64,000 bases of DNA from Eledone cirrhosa (Eukaryota). The position numbers and the translations under genes were made by a program. The notes beneath the pieces were generated by a model. It saw nothing but the letters and a program-made list of their open reading frames with translations, was not told where the DNA came from and ran no database searches. This document shows positions 13,101 through 28,300 of this stretch, piece by piece. The DNA lies in NCBI GenBank assembly GCA_964016885.1, contig OZ024743.1, positions 136,090,001 through 136,154,000 on the forward strand, given 5' to 3'. Each line of letters opens with the position of its first letter. Positions within the stretch are counted from its first letter, which is position 1.

Positions 13101-16100
13101 CCAAACACCAAACACCAAGCACCAAGCACCAAGCACCAAGCACCAAACACCATACACCAAACAGCAAACGCCAGAAAGCAAACGCCAAACCCCATACGCC
13201 AAACAGCAAATGCCAAACCCCAAACGCCAAACAGCAAACGCCAAGCACCAAACACCAAACACCAAGCGCCAAGCACCAAACACCAAACACCAAGCACCAA
13301 GCACCAAACACCAAACACCAAGCACCAATCACCAAACACCAAGCACCAAGCGCCAAGCACCAGACACCAAGCACCAAGCACCAAACACCAAACACCAAGC
13401 ACCAAGCACTAAACACCAAACACCAAGCACCAAGCACCAAGCACCAAGCACCAAGCACCAAACACCAAGCACCAAGCACCAAGCACCAAGCACCAAGCAC
13501 CAAACACCAAGCACCAAGCACCAAACAGCAAACACCAAGCACCAAACACCAAACACCAAGCACCAAGCACCAAACACCAAACACCAAACACCAAGCACCA
13601 AGCCCCAAGCACCAAACACCAAGCACCAAGCACCAAACACCAAGCACGAAGCACCAAGCACCATGCACCAAACACCAAGCACCAAGCACCAAACAGCAAA
13701 CACCAAACAGCAAACACCAAACACCAAACACCAACCAGCAAACACCAAACACCAAACACCAAACAGCAAACACCAAACAGCAAACACCAAACACCAAACA
13801 GCAAATGCCAAAAAGCAAACGCCAAACCCCAAACGCCAAACAGCAAATGCCAAACCCCAAATGCCAAACAGCAAACGCCAAGCGCCAAACGCCAAACACC
13901 AAGTGCCAAGCACCAAACACCAAACACCAAGCACCAAGCACCAAGCACCAAACACCAAACAGCAAACGCCAAAAAGCAAACGCCAAACCCCATACGCCAA
14001 ACAGCAAATGCCAAACCCCAAACGCCAAACGGCAAACGCCAAGCACCAAACACCAAACACCAAGCGCCAAGCACCAAACACCAAACACCAAGCACCGAGC
14101 ACCAAACACCAAACACCAAGCACCAATCACCAAACACCAAGCACCATGCGCCAAGCACCAAACACGAAACACCTAGCACCAAGCACCAAGCACCAAACCC
14201 CAAGTACCAAACACCAATCACCAAGCCCCAAGCACCAAACACCAAGCGCCAAGCACCAAACACCAAACACCAAGCACCAAGCACCCAGAACCAAGCACCA
14301 AGCACCAAACACCAAGCACCAAGCACCGAGCACCAAACACCAAGAACCAAGCACCAAGCTTTAAACACCAAACACCAAGCACCAAGCACCAAACACCAAA
14401 CACCAAACACCAAACACCAAACAGCAAATGCCAAAAAGCAAACGCCAAACCCCAAACGCCAAACAGTAAATGCCAAACCCCAAACGCCAAACAGCAAACG
14501 CCAAGCGCCAAACGCCAAACACCAAGCGCCAAGCACCAAACACCAAACACCAAGCACCAAGCACCAAACACCAAACACCAAACACCAAGCACCAAGTACC
14601 AAACACCAAACACCAAGCACCAAACACCAAACAGCAAACGCCAAAAAGCAAACGCCAAACCCCATACGCCAAACAGCAAATGCCAAACCCCAAACGCCAA
14701 ACAGCAAACGCCAAGCACCGAACACCAAACACCAAGAACCAAGCACCAAGCACTAAACACCAAACACCAAGCACCAAGCACCAAACACCAAACACCAAGC
14801 ACCAAGCACCGAGCACCAAACACCAAGAACCAAGCACCAAGCACTAAACACCAAACACCAAGCACCAAGCACCAAACACCAAACACCAAGCACCAAACAC
14901 CAAACAGCAAACGCCAAAAAGCAAACGCCAAACCCCATACGCCAAACAGCAAATGCCAAACCCCAAACGCCAAACAGCAAACGCCAAGCACCGAACACCA
15001 AACACCAAGAACCAAGCACCAAGCACTAAACACCAAACACCAAGCACCAAGCACCAAACACCAAACACCAAGCACCAAGCACCGAGCACCAAACACCAAG
15101 AACCAAGCACCAAGCACTAAACACCAAACACCAAGCACCAAGCACCAAACACCAAACACCAAGCACCAAACACCAAACAGCAAACGCCAAAAAGCAAACG
15201 CCAAACCTCATACGCCAAACAGCAAATGCCAAACTCCAAACGCCAAACAGCAAACGCCAGACACCAAACACCAAACACCAAGCGCCAAGCACCAAACACC
15301 AAACACCAAGCACCAAGCACCAAACACCAAACACCAAGCACCAATCACCAAACACCAAGCACCAAGCGCCAAGCACCAAACACGAAACACCTAGCACCAA
15401 GCACCAAGCACCAAACAACAAGCACCAAACACCAATCACCAAGCCCCAAGCACCAAACACCAAGCACCAAGCACCAAACACCAAACACCAAGCACCAAGC
15501 ACCGAGCACCAAACACCAAGCACCAAGCACCGAGCACCAAGCACCAAGCACCAAACACCAAGCACCAAGCACCGAGCACCAAACACCAAGAACCAAGCAC
15601 CAAGCACTAAACACCAAACACCAAGCACCAAGCACCAAACACCAAACACCAAGCACCAAGTACAAAACTCCAAACACCAAACACCAAGCACCAAGCACCA
15701 AATCCCAAGCACCAAACACCAAGCACCAATCACCAAACACCAAACACCAAGCACCAAGCACCAAACTCCAAAAACCAAGCACCAAACACCAAGCACCAAA
15801 CACCAAGCACCAAGCGCCAAAGACCAAACACCAAGCACCAAGCACGAAACACCAAGCACCAAGCACCGAGCACCAAACACCAAGTACCAAGCACCAATCA
15901 CCAAACACCAAGCACCAAGCACCAAACACCAAACACCAAACACCAAGCACCAAGCATCAAGCACCAAGCACCAAACACCAACCACCAACCACCAAACACC
16001 AAACACAAAACAACAAGTACCAAGCACCAAACACCAAACACCAAACACCAAACACCAAGCACCAAGCACAAGACACCAAGCACCAAGCACCAAGCACCAA

Positions 16101-19100
16101 GCACCAAAAACCAAGCACCAAGCTCCAAGCACCAAACACCAAGCACCAAACACCAAACACCAAGCACCAAGCACCAAACACCAAGCACCAAGCGCCAAAC
16201 ACCAATCACCAAGCACCAAGCACCAAACACCAAGCACCAACCACCAAGCACCAAACACCAAACACCAAACACCAAACACCAAACACCAAGCACCAAGCAC
16301 AAGACACCAAGCACCAAGCACCAAGCACCAAAAACCAAGCACCAAGCTCCAAGCACCAAACACCAAGCACCAAACACCAAACACCAAGCACCAAGCACCA
16401 AACACCAAGCACCAAGCGCCAAACACCAAACACCAAGCACCAAGCACCAAACACCAAGCACCAACCACCAAGCACCAAACACCAAGCACCAAGCACCAAG
16501 CACCAAGCACCAAGCACCAAACACCAAGCACCAAGCACCAAACAGCAAACACCAAGCACCAAACACCAAACACCAAGCACCAAGCAACAAAACCCAAACA
16601 CCAAGCACCAAACACCAAGCACCAAGCCCCAAGCACGAAACACCAAGCACCAAGCACGAAACACCAAGCACCAAGCACCAAGCACCATGCACCAAACACC
16701 AAGCACCAAGCACCAAACAGCAAACACCAAGCAGCAAACACCAAACAGCAAACACCAAACAGCAAACACCAAACAGCAAACACCAAACAGCAAACGCCAA
16801 AAAGCAAACGCCAAACTCCAAACGCCAAACAGCAAATGCCAAACCCAAACGCCAAACAGCAAACGCCAAGCACAAAACACCAAACACCAAGCGCCAAGCA
16901 CCAAACACCAAACACCAAGCACCAAGCACCAAACACCAAACACCAAGCACCAAGTACCAAACACCAAACACCAAGCACCAAACACCAAACAGCAAACGCA
17001 AAAAAGCAAACGCCAAACCCCATACGCCAAACAGCAAATGCCAAACCCCAAATGCCAAACGGCAAACGCCAAGCACCAAACACCAAACACCAAGCGCCAA
17101 GCACCAAACACCAAACACCAAGCACCAAGCACCAAACACCAAACACCAAGCACCAATCACCAAACACCAAACACCAAGCGCCAAACAACAAACACCAAAC
17201 ACCTATCACCAAGCACCAAGCACCAAACACCAAGCACCAAACACCAAGCACCAAGCACCAAGCACCAAGCACCAAACACCAATCACCAAGCCCCAAGCAC
17301 CAAACACCAAGCACCCAGCACCAAACACCAAGCACCAAGCACCAAGCACCCAGAACAAAGCACCAAGCACCAAACACCAAACACCAAGCTCCAAGTACCA
17401 AACACCAAACACCAAGCACCAAGCACCAAGCACCAAACACCAAACACCAAGCACCAATCACCAAACACCAAGCACCAAGCGCCAAACACCAAACACCAAA
17501 CACCTAGCACCAAGCACCAAGCACCGAACACCAAGCACCAAGCACCAAGCACCAAGCACCAAGCACCAAACACCAATCACCAAGCCCCAAGCACCAAACA
17601 CCAAGCACCAAGCACCAAACACCAAACACCAAGCACCAAGCACCAAACACCAAACACCAAGCACCAAGCACCAAGCACCAAGCACCAACCACCATACACC
17701 AAACAGCAAACGCCAAAAAGCAAACGCCAAACCCCATACGCCAAACAGCAAATGCCAAACCCCAAACGCCAAACAGCAAACGCCAAGCACCAAACACCAA
17801 ACACCAAGCGCCAAGCACCAAACACCAAACACCAAGCACCAAGCACCAAACACCAAACACCAAGCACCAATCACCAAACACCAAGCACCAAGCGCCAAGC
17901 ACCAGACACCAAGCACCAAGCACCAAACACCAAACACCAAGCACCAAGCACTAAACACCAAACACCAAGCACCAAGCACCAAGCACCAAGCACCAAGCAC
18001 CAAACACCAAGCACCAAGCACCAAGCACCAAGCACCAAGCACCAAACACCAAGCACCAAGCACCAAACAGCAAACACCAAGCACCAAACACCAAACACCA
18101 AGCACCAAGCACCAAACACCAAACACCAAACACCAAGCACCAAGCCCCAAGCACCAAACACCAAGCACCAAGCACCAAACAGCAAACACCAAACAGCAAA
18201 CACCAAACACCAAACACCAACCAGCAAACACCAAGCACGAAGCACCAAGCACCATGCACCAAACACCAAGCACCAAGCACCAAACAGCAAACACCAAACA
18301 GCAAACACCAAACACCAAACACCAACCAGCAAACACCAAACACCAAACACCAAACAGCAAACACCAAACAGCAAACACCAAACAGCAAACACCAAACACC
18401 AAACACCAAACAGCAAACGCCAAAAAGCAAACGCCAAACCCCATACGCCAAACAGCAAATGCCAAACCCCAAACGCCAAACAGCAAACGCCAAGCACCGA
18501 ACACCAAACACCAAGCGCCAAGCACCAAACACCAAACACCAAGCACCAAGCACCAAACACCAGACACCAAGCACCAATCACCAAACACCAAGCACCAAGC
18601 GCCAAGCACCAAACACCAAACACCTAGCACCAAGCACCAAGCACCAAACACCAAGTACCAAACACCAATCACCAAGCCCCAAGCACCAAACACCAAGCAC
18701 CAAGCACCAAACACCAAACACCAAGCACCAAGCACCCAGAACCAAGCACCAAGCACCAAACACCAAGCACCAAGCACCAAGTACCAAACACCAATCACCA
18801 AGCACCAAGCACTAAACACCAAACACCAAGCACCAAGCACCAAACACCATACACCAAGCACCAAACACCAAACAGCAAACGCCAAAAAGCAAACGCCAAA
18901 CCCCATATGCCAAACAGCAAATGCCAAACTCCAAACGCCAAACAGCAAACGCCAGGCACCAAACACCAAACACCAAGCGCCAAGCACCAAACACCAAGCG
19001 CCAAGCACCAAGCACCAAACACCAAACACCAAGCACCAATCACCAAACACCAAGCACCAAGCGCCAAGCACCAAACACCAAACACCTAGCACCAAGCACC

Positions 19101-22100
19101 AAGCACCAAACACCAAGCACCAAACACCAATCACCAAGCCCCAAGCACCAAACACCAAGCACCAAGCACCAAACACCAAACACCAAGCACCAAGCACCAA
19201 GGACCAAGCACCAAACACCAAGCACCAAGCACCGAGCACCAAACACCAAGAACCAAGCACCAAGCACTAAACACCAAACACCAAGCACCAAGCACCAAAC
19301 ACCAAACACCAAGCACCAAGTACAAAACTCCAAACACCAAACACCAAGCACCAAGCACCAAATCCCAAGCACCAAACACCAAGCACCAATCACCAAACAC
19401 CAAACACCAAGCACTAAGCACCAAACTCCAAAAACCAAGCACCAAGCACCAAGCACCAAACACCAAACGCCAAACACCAAACACCAAGTACCAAGCACCA
19501 AACACCAAGCACCAAGCGCCAAAGACCAAACACCAAGCACCAAGCACGAAACACCAAGCACCAAGCACCGAGCACCAAACACCAAGTACCAAGCACCAAT
19601 CACCAAACACCAAGCACCAAGCACCAAACACCAAACACCAAGCACCAAGCACCAAGCATCAAGCACCAAGCACCAAACACCAACCACCAAGCACCAAACA
19701 CCAAACACAAAACAACAAGTACCAAGCACCAAACACCAAACACCAAACACCAAACACCAAGCACCAAGCACAAGACACCAAGCACCAAGCACCAAGCACC
19801 AAGCACCAAAAACCAAGCACCAAGCTCCAAGCACCAAACACCAAGCACCAAACACCAAACACCAAGCACCAAGCACCAAACACCAAGCACCAAGCGCCAA
19901 ACACCAAACACCAAGCACCAAGCACCAAACACCAAGCACCAACCACCAAGCACCAAACACCAAGCACCAAGCACCAAGCACCAAGCACCAAGCACCAAAC
20001 ACCAAGCACCAAGCACCAAACAGCAAACACCAAGCACCAAACACCAAACACCAAGCACCAAGCAAAAAACACCAAACACCAAGCACCAAACACCAAGCAC
20101 CAAGCCCCAAGCACGAAACACCAAGCACCAAGCACGAAACACCAAGCACCAAGCACCAAGCACCATGCACCAAACACCAAGCACCAAGCACCAAACAGCA
20201 AACACCAAACAGCAAACACCAAACAGCAAACACCAAACAGCAAACACCAAACATCAAACACCAAACAGCAAACGCCAAAAAGCAAACGCCAAACTCCAAA
20301 CGCCAAACAGCAAATGCCAAACCCAAACGCCAAACAGCAAACGCCTAGCACAAAACACCAAACACCGAGCGCCAAGCACCAAACACCAAACACCAAGCAC
20401 CAAGCACCAAACACCAAACACCAAGCACCAAGTACCAAACACCAAACACCAAGCACCAAACACCAAACAGCAAACGCAAAAAAGCAAACGCCAAACCCCA
20501 TACGCCAAACAGCAAACGCCAAACCCCATACGCCAAACAGCAAATGCCAAACCCAAACGCCAAACAGCAAACGCCAAGCACAAAACACCAAACACCAAAC
20601 GCCAAGCACCAAACACCAAACACCAAGCGCCAAGCACCAAACACCAAACACCAAGCACCAAGCACCAAACACCAAACACCAAGCACCAATCACCAAACAC
20701 CAAAGACCAAGCGCCAAACACCAAACACCAAACACCTATCACCAAGCACCAAGCACCAAACACCAAGCACCAAACACCAAGCACCAAGCACCAAGCACCA
20801 AGCACCAAACACCAATCACCAAGCCCCAAGCACCAAACACCAAGCACCCAGCACCAAACACCAAACACCAAGCACCAAGCACCCAGAACAAAGCACCAAG
20901 CACCAAACACCAAACACCAAGCTCCAAGCACGAAACACCAAACACCAAGCACCAAGCACCAAGCACCAAACACCAAACACCAAGCACCAATCACCAAACA
21001 CCAAGCACCAAGCGCCAAACACCAAACACCAAACACCTAGCACCAAGCACCAAGCACCGAACACCAAGCACCAAGCACCAAGCACCAAGCACCAAGCACC
21101 AAACACCAATCACCAAGCCCCAAGCACCAAACACCAAGCACCAAGCACCAAGCACCAAACACCAAACACCAAGCACCAAGCACCAAACACCAAACACCAA
21201 GCACCAAGCACCAAGCACCAAGCACCAAACACCATACACCAAACAGCAAACGCCAAAAAGCAAACGCCAAACCCCATACGCCAAACAGCAAATGCCAAAC
21301 CCCAAACGCCAAACAGCAAACGCCAAGCACCAAACACCAAACACCAAGCGCCAAGCACCAAACACCAAACACCAAGCACCAAGCACCAAACACCAAACAC
21401 CAAGCACCAATCACCAAACACCAAGCACCAAGCGCCAAGCACCAGACACCAAGCACCAAGCACCAAACACCAAACACCAACCATCAAGCACTAAACACCA
21501 AACACCAAGCACCAAGCACCAAGCACCAAACACCAAGCACCAAGCACCAAGCACCAAGCACCAAACACCAAGCACCAAGCACCAAACAGCAAACACCAAG
21601 CACCAAACACCAAACACCAAGCACCAAGCACCAAACACCAAACACCAAACACCAAGCACCAAGCCCCAAGCACCAAACACCAAGCACCAAGCACCAAACA
21701 CCAAGCACGAAGCACCAAGCACCATGCACCAAACACCAAGCACCAAGCACCAAACAGCAAACACCAAACAGCAAACACCAAACACCAAACACCAACCAGC
21801 AAACACCAAACACCAAACACCAAACAGCAAACACCAAACAGCAAACACCAAACAGCAAACACCAAACACCAAACACCAAACAGCAAATGCCAAAAAGCAA
21901 ACGCCAAACCCCAAACGCCAAACAGCAAATGCCAAACCCCAAACGCCAAACAGCAAACGCCAAGCGCCAAACGCCAAACACCAAGTGCCAAGCACCAAAC
22001 ACCAAACACCAAGCACCAAGCACCAAGCACCAAACACCAAACAGCAAACGCCAAAAAGCAAACGCCAAACCCCATACGCCAAACAGCAAATGCCAAACCC

Positions 22101-25100
22101 CAAACGCCAAACAGCAAACGCCAAGCACCAAACACCAAACACCAAGCGCCAAGCACCAAACACCAAACACCAAGCACCGAGCACCAAACACCAAACACCA
22201 AGCACCAATCACCAAACACCAAGCACCAAGCGCCAAGCACCAAACACGAAACACCTAGCACCAAGCACCAAGCACCAAACCCCAAGTACCAAACACCAAT
22301 CACCAAGCCCCAAGCACCAAACACCAAGCGCCAAGCACCAAACACCAAACACCAAGCACCAAGCACCCAGAACCAAGCACCAAGCACCAAACACCAAGCA
22401 CCAAGCACCGAGCACCAAACACCAAGAACCAAGCACCAAGCTCTAAACACCAAACACCAAGCACCAAGCACCAAACACCAAACACCAAACACCAAACACC
22501 AAACAGCAAATGCCAAAAAGCAAACGCCAAACCCCAAACGCCAAACAGTAAATGCCAAACCCCAAACGCCAAACAGCAAACGCCAAGCGCCAAACGCCAA
22601 ACACCAAGCGCCAAGCACCAAACACCAAACACCAAGCACCAAGCACCAAACACCAAACACCAAGCACCAAGTACCAAACACCAAACACCAAGCACCAAAC
22701 ACCAAACAGCAAACGCCAAAAAGCAAACGCCAAACCCCATACGCCAAACAACAAATGCCAAACTCCAAACGCCAAACAGCAAACGCCAAGCACCGAACAC
22801 CAAACACCAAGAACCAAGCACCAAGCACTAAACACCAAACACCAAGCACCAAGCACCAAACACCAAACACCAAGCACCAAGCACCGAGCACCAAACACCA
22901 AGAACCAAGCACCAAGCACTAAACACCAAACACCAAGCACCAAGCACCAAACACCAAACACCAAGCACCAAACACCAAACAGCAAACGCCAAAAAGCAAA
23001 CGCCAAACCCCATACGCCAAACAGCAAATGCCAAACTCCAAACGCCAAACAGCAAACGCCAGGCACCAAACACCAAACACCAAGTGCCAAGCACCAAACA
23101 CCAAACACCAAGCACCAAGCACCAAACACCAAACACCAAGCACCAATCACCAAACACCAAGCACCAAGCGCCAAGCACCAAACACCAAACACCTAGCACC
23201 AAGCACCAAGCACCAAACACCAAGCACCAAACACCAATCACCAAGCCCCAAGCACCAAACACCAAGCACCAAGCACCAAACACCAAACACCAAGCACCAA
23301 GCACCAAGGACCAAGCACCAAACACCAAGCACCAAGCACCGAGCACCAAACACCAAGAACCAAGCACCAAGCACTAAACACCAAACACCAAGCACCAAGC
23401 ACCAAACACCAAACACCAAGCACCAAGTACAAAACTCCAAACACCAAACACCAAGCACCAAGCACCAAATCCCAAGCACCAAACACCAAGCACCAATCAC
23501 CAAACACCAAACACCAAGCACCAAGCACCAAACTCCAAAAACCAAGCACCAAACACCAAGCACCAAACACCAAGCACCAAGCGCCAAAGACCAAACACCA
23601 AGCACCAAGCACGAAACACCAAGCACCAAGCACCGAGCACCAAACACCAAGTACCAAGCACCAATCACCAAACACCAAGCACCAAGCACCAAACACCAAA
23701 CACCAAGCACCAAGCACCAAGCATCAAGCACCAAGCACCAAACACCAACCACCAAGCACCAAACACCAAACACAAAACAACAAGTACCAAGCACCAAACA
23801 CCAAACACCAAACACCAAACACCAAGCACCAAGCACAAGACACCAAGCACCAAGCACCAAGCACCAAGCACCAAAAACCAAGCACCAAGCTCCAAGCACC
23901 AAACACCAAGCACCAAACACCAAACACCAAGCACCAAGCACCAAACACCAAGCACCAAGCGCCAAACACCAAACACCAAGCACCAAGCACCAAACACCAA
24001 GCACCAACCACCAAGCACCAAACACCAAGCACCAAGCACCAAGCACCAAGCACCAAGCACCAAACACCAAGCACCAAGCACCAAACAGCAAACACCAAGC
24101 ACCAAACACCAAACACCACGCACCAAGCAACAAACACCAAACACCAAGCACCAAACACCAAGCACCAAGCCCCAAGCACGAAACACCAAGCACCAAGCAC
24201 GAAACACCAAGCACCAAGCACCAAGCACCATGCACCAAACACCAAGCACCAAGCACCAAACAGCAAACACCAAACAACAAACACCAAACAGCAAACACCA
24301 AACAGCAAACACCAAACAGCAAACACCAAACAGCAAACGCCAAAAAGCAAACGCCAAACTCCAAACGCCAAACAGCAAATGCCAAACCCAAACGCCAAAC
24401 AGCAAACGCCAAGCACAAAACACCAAACACCAAGCGCCAAGCACCAAACACCAAACACCAAGCACCAAGCACCAAATACCAAACACCAAGCACCAAGTAC
24501 CAAACACCAAACACCAAGCACCAAACACCAAACAGCAAACGCAAAAAAGCAAACGCCAAACCCCATACGCCAAACAGCAAATGCCAAACCCCAAATGCCA
24601 AACGGCAAACGCCAAGCACCAAACACCAAACACCAAGCGCCAAGCACCAAACACCAAACACCAAGCACCAAGCACCAAGCACCAAACACCAAGCACCAAA
24701 CACCAAGCACCAAGCACCAAGCACCAAGCACCAAACACCAATCACCAAGCCCCAAGCACCAAACACCAAGCACCCAGCACCAAACACCAAACACCAAGCA
24801 CCAAGCACCCAGAACAAAGCACCAAGCACCAAACACCAAACACCAAGCTCCAAGCACCAAACACCAAACACCAAGCAGCAAGCACCAAGCACCAAACACC
24901 AAACACCAAGCACCAATCACCAAACACCAAGCACCAAGCGCCAAACACCAAACACCAAACACCTAGCACCAAGCACCAAGCACCGAACACCAAGCACCAA
25001 GCACCAAGCACAAAGCACCAAGCACCAAACACCAATCACCAAGCCCCAAGCACCAAACACCAAGCACCAAGCACCAAACACCAAACACCAAGCACCAAGC

Positions 25101-25300
25101 ACCAAACACCAAACACCAAGCACCACGCACCAAGCACCAAGCACCAAACACCATACACCAAACAGCAAACGCCAAAAAGCAAACGCCAAACCCCATACGC
25201 CAAACAGCAAATGCCAAACCCCAAACGCCAAACAGCAAACGCCAAGCACCAAACACCAAACACCAAGCGTCAAGCACCAAACACCAAACACCAAGCACCA
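10180..25300 (+). repeat. ~8.05-kb tandem segmental duplication (copy 1 ~10180-18226, copy 2 ~18227-25300) with internal heptamer-multiple indels
   Basis: ORF pairs 10874/18921, 10993/19040, 12118/20165 and 12497/20544 are offset 8047; 13409/21491, 14127/22209 and 14470/22552 are offset 8082. Shared rare units: CATCAAA (~12205/20252), CGCCTAG (12295/20342), CT(T/C)TAAA (14359/22441), CAGTAAA (14464/22546). Confidence 0.88.
14600..15260 (+). repeat. Local 273-bp (39-heptamer) tandem repeat, ~2.4 copies, containing a 91-bp sub-duplication
   Basis: CpG cassettes at ~14643, 14916, 15189 (273 apart); CACTAAA at 14751, 14842, 15024, 15115; ORF pairs 14753/15026 and 14844/15117. Confidence 0.85.
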
Positions 25301-28300
25301 AGCACCAAACACCAAACACCAAGCACCAATCACCAAACACCAAGCACCAAGCGCCAAGCACCAAACACCAAACACCTAGCACCAAGCACCAAGCACCAAA
25401 CACCAAGCACCAAACACCAATCACCAAGCCCCAAGCACCAAACACCAAGCACCAAGCACCAAACACCAAACACCAAGCACCAAGCACCCAGAACCAAGCA
25501 CCAAGCACCAAACACCAAGCACCAAGCACCGAGCACCAAACACCAAGAACCAAGCACCAAGCACTAAACACCAAACACCAAGCACCAAGCACCAAACACC
25601 AAACACCAAGCACCAAGTACCAAACTCCAAACACCAAACACCAAGCACCAAGCACCAAATCCCAAGCACCAAACACCAAGCACCAATCACCAAACACCAA
25701 ACACCAAGCACCAAGCACCAAACTCCAAAAACCAAGCACCAAGCACCAAGCACCAAACACCAAACGCCAAACACCAAACACCAAGTACCAAGCACCAAAC
25801 ACCAAGCACCAAGCGCCAAAGACCAAACACCAAGCACCAAGCACGAAACACCAAGCACCAAGCACCGAGCACCAAACACCAAGTACCAAGCACCAATCAC
25901 CAAACACCAAGCACCAAGCACCAAACACCAAACACCAAAGCACCAAGCACCAAACACCAAACACCAAGCACCAAGCCCCAAGCACCAAACAGCAAGCACC
26001 AAGCACCAAACACCAAACACCAAGCACCAAGCACTAAACACCAAACACCAAGCACCAAGCACCAAGCACCAAGCACCAAGCACCAAACACCAAGCACCAA
26101 GCACCAAGCACCAAGCACCAAGCACCAAACACCAAACACCAAGCACCAAACAGCAAACACCAAGCACCAAACACCAAACACCAAGCACCAAGCACCAAAC
26201 ACCAAACACCAAACACCAAGCACCAAGCCCCAAGCACCAAACACCAAGCACCAAGCACCAAACACCAAGCACGAAGCACCAAGCACCATGCACCAAACAC
26301 CAAGCACCAAGCACCCAACAGCAAACACCAAACAGCAAACACCAAACACCAAACACCAACCAGCAAACACCAAACACCAAACACCAAACAGCAAACACCA
26401 AACAGCAAACACCAAACAGCAAACACCAAACACCAAACACCAAACAGCAAATGCCAAAAAGCAAACGCCAAACCCCAAACGCCAAACAGTAAATGCCAAA
26501 CCCCAAACGCCAAACAGCAAACGCCAAGCGCCAAACGCCAAACACCAAGCGCCAAGCACCAAACACCAAACACCAAGCACCAAGCACCAAACACCAAACA
26601 CCAAGCACCAAGTACCAAACACCAAACACCAAGCACCAAACACCAAACAGCAAACACCAAAAAGCAAATGCCAAACCCCATACGCCAAACAGCAAATGCC
26701 AAACCCCAAACGCCAAACAGCAAACGCCAAGCACCGAACACCAAACACCAAGCGCCAAGCACCAAACACCAAACACCAAGCACCAAGCACCAAACACCAA
26801 ACACCAAGCACCAATCACCAAACACCAAGCACCAAGCGCCAAGCACCAAACACCAAACACCTAGCACCAAGCACCAAGCACCAAACACCAAGTACCAAAC
26901 ACCAATCACCAAGCCCCAAGCACCAAACACCAAGCACCAAGCACCAAACACCAAACACCAAGCACCAAGCACCCAGAACCAAGCACCAAGCACCAAACAC
27001 CAAGCACCAAGCACCGAGCACCAAACACCAAGCACCAAGCGCCAAGCACCAGACACCAAGCACCAAGCACCAAACACCAAACACCAAGCGCCAAGCACCA
27101 AACACCAAACACCAAGCACCAAGCACCAAACACCAAACACCAAGCACCAATCACCAAACACCAAGCACCAAGCGCCAAGCACCAGACACCAAGCACCAAG
27201 CACCAAACACCAAACACCAAGCACCAAGCACTAAACACCAAACACCAAGCACCAAGCACCAAGCACCAAGCACCAAGCACCAAACACCAAGCACCAAGCA
27301 CCAAGCACCAAGCACCAAGCACCAAACACCAAGCACCAAGCACCAAACAGCAAACACCAAGCACCAAACACCAAACACCAAGCACCAAGCACCAAACACC
27401 AAACACCAAACACCAAGCACCAAGCCCCAAGCACCAAACAGCAAGCACCAAGCACCAAACACCAAGCACGAAGCACCAAGCACCATGCACCAAACACCAA
27501 ACACCAAGCACCAAGCACCAAACACCAAACACCAAAGCACCAAGCACCAAACACCAAACACCAAGCACCAAGCCCCAAGCACCAAACAGCAAGCACCAAG
27601 CACCAAACACCAAACACCAAGCACCAAGCACTAAACACCAAACACCAAGCACCAAGCACCAAGCACCAAGCACCAAGCACCAAGCACCAAGCACCAAGCA
27701 CCAAGCACCAAGCACCAAACACCAAACACCAAGCACCAAACAGCAAACACCAAGCACCAAACACCAAACACCAAGCACCAAGCACCAAACACCAAACACC
27801 AAACACCAAGCACCAAGCCCCAAGCACCAAACACCAAGCACCAAGCACCAAACACCAAGCACGAAGCACCAAGCACCATGCACCAAACACCAAGCACCAA
27901 GCACCCAACAGCAAACACCAAACAGCAAACACCAAACACCAAACACCAACCAGCAAACACCAAACACCAAACACCAAACAGCAAACACCAAACAGCAAAC
28001 ACCAAACAGCAAACACCAAACACCAAACACCAAACAGCAAATGCCAAAAAGCAAACGCCAAACCCCAAACGCCAAACAGTAAATGCCAAACCCCAAACGC
28101 CAAACAGCAAACGCCAAGCGCCAAACGCCAAACACCAAGCGCCAAGCACCAAACACCAAACACCAAGCACCAAGCACCAAACACCAAACACCAAGCACCA
28201 AGTACCAAACACCAAACACCAAGCACCAAACACCAAACAGCAAACACCAAAAAGCAAATGCCAAACCCCATACGCCAAACAGCAAATGCCAAACCCCAAA

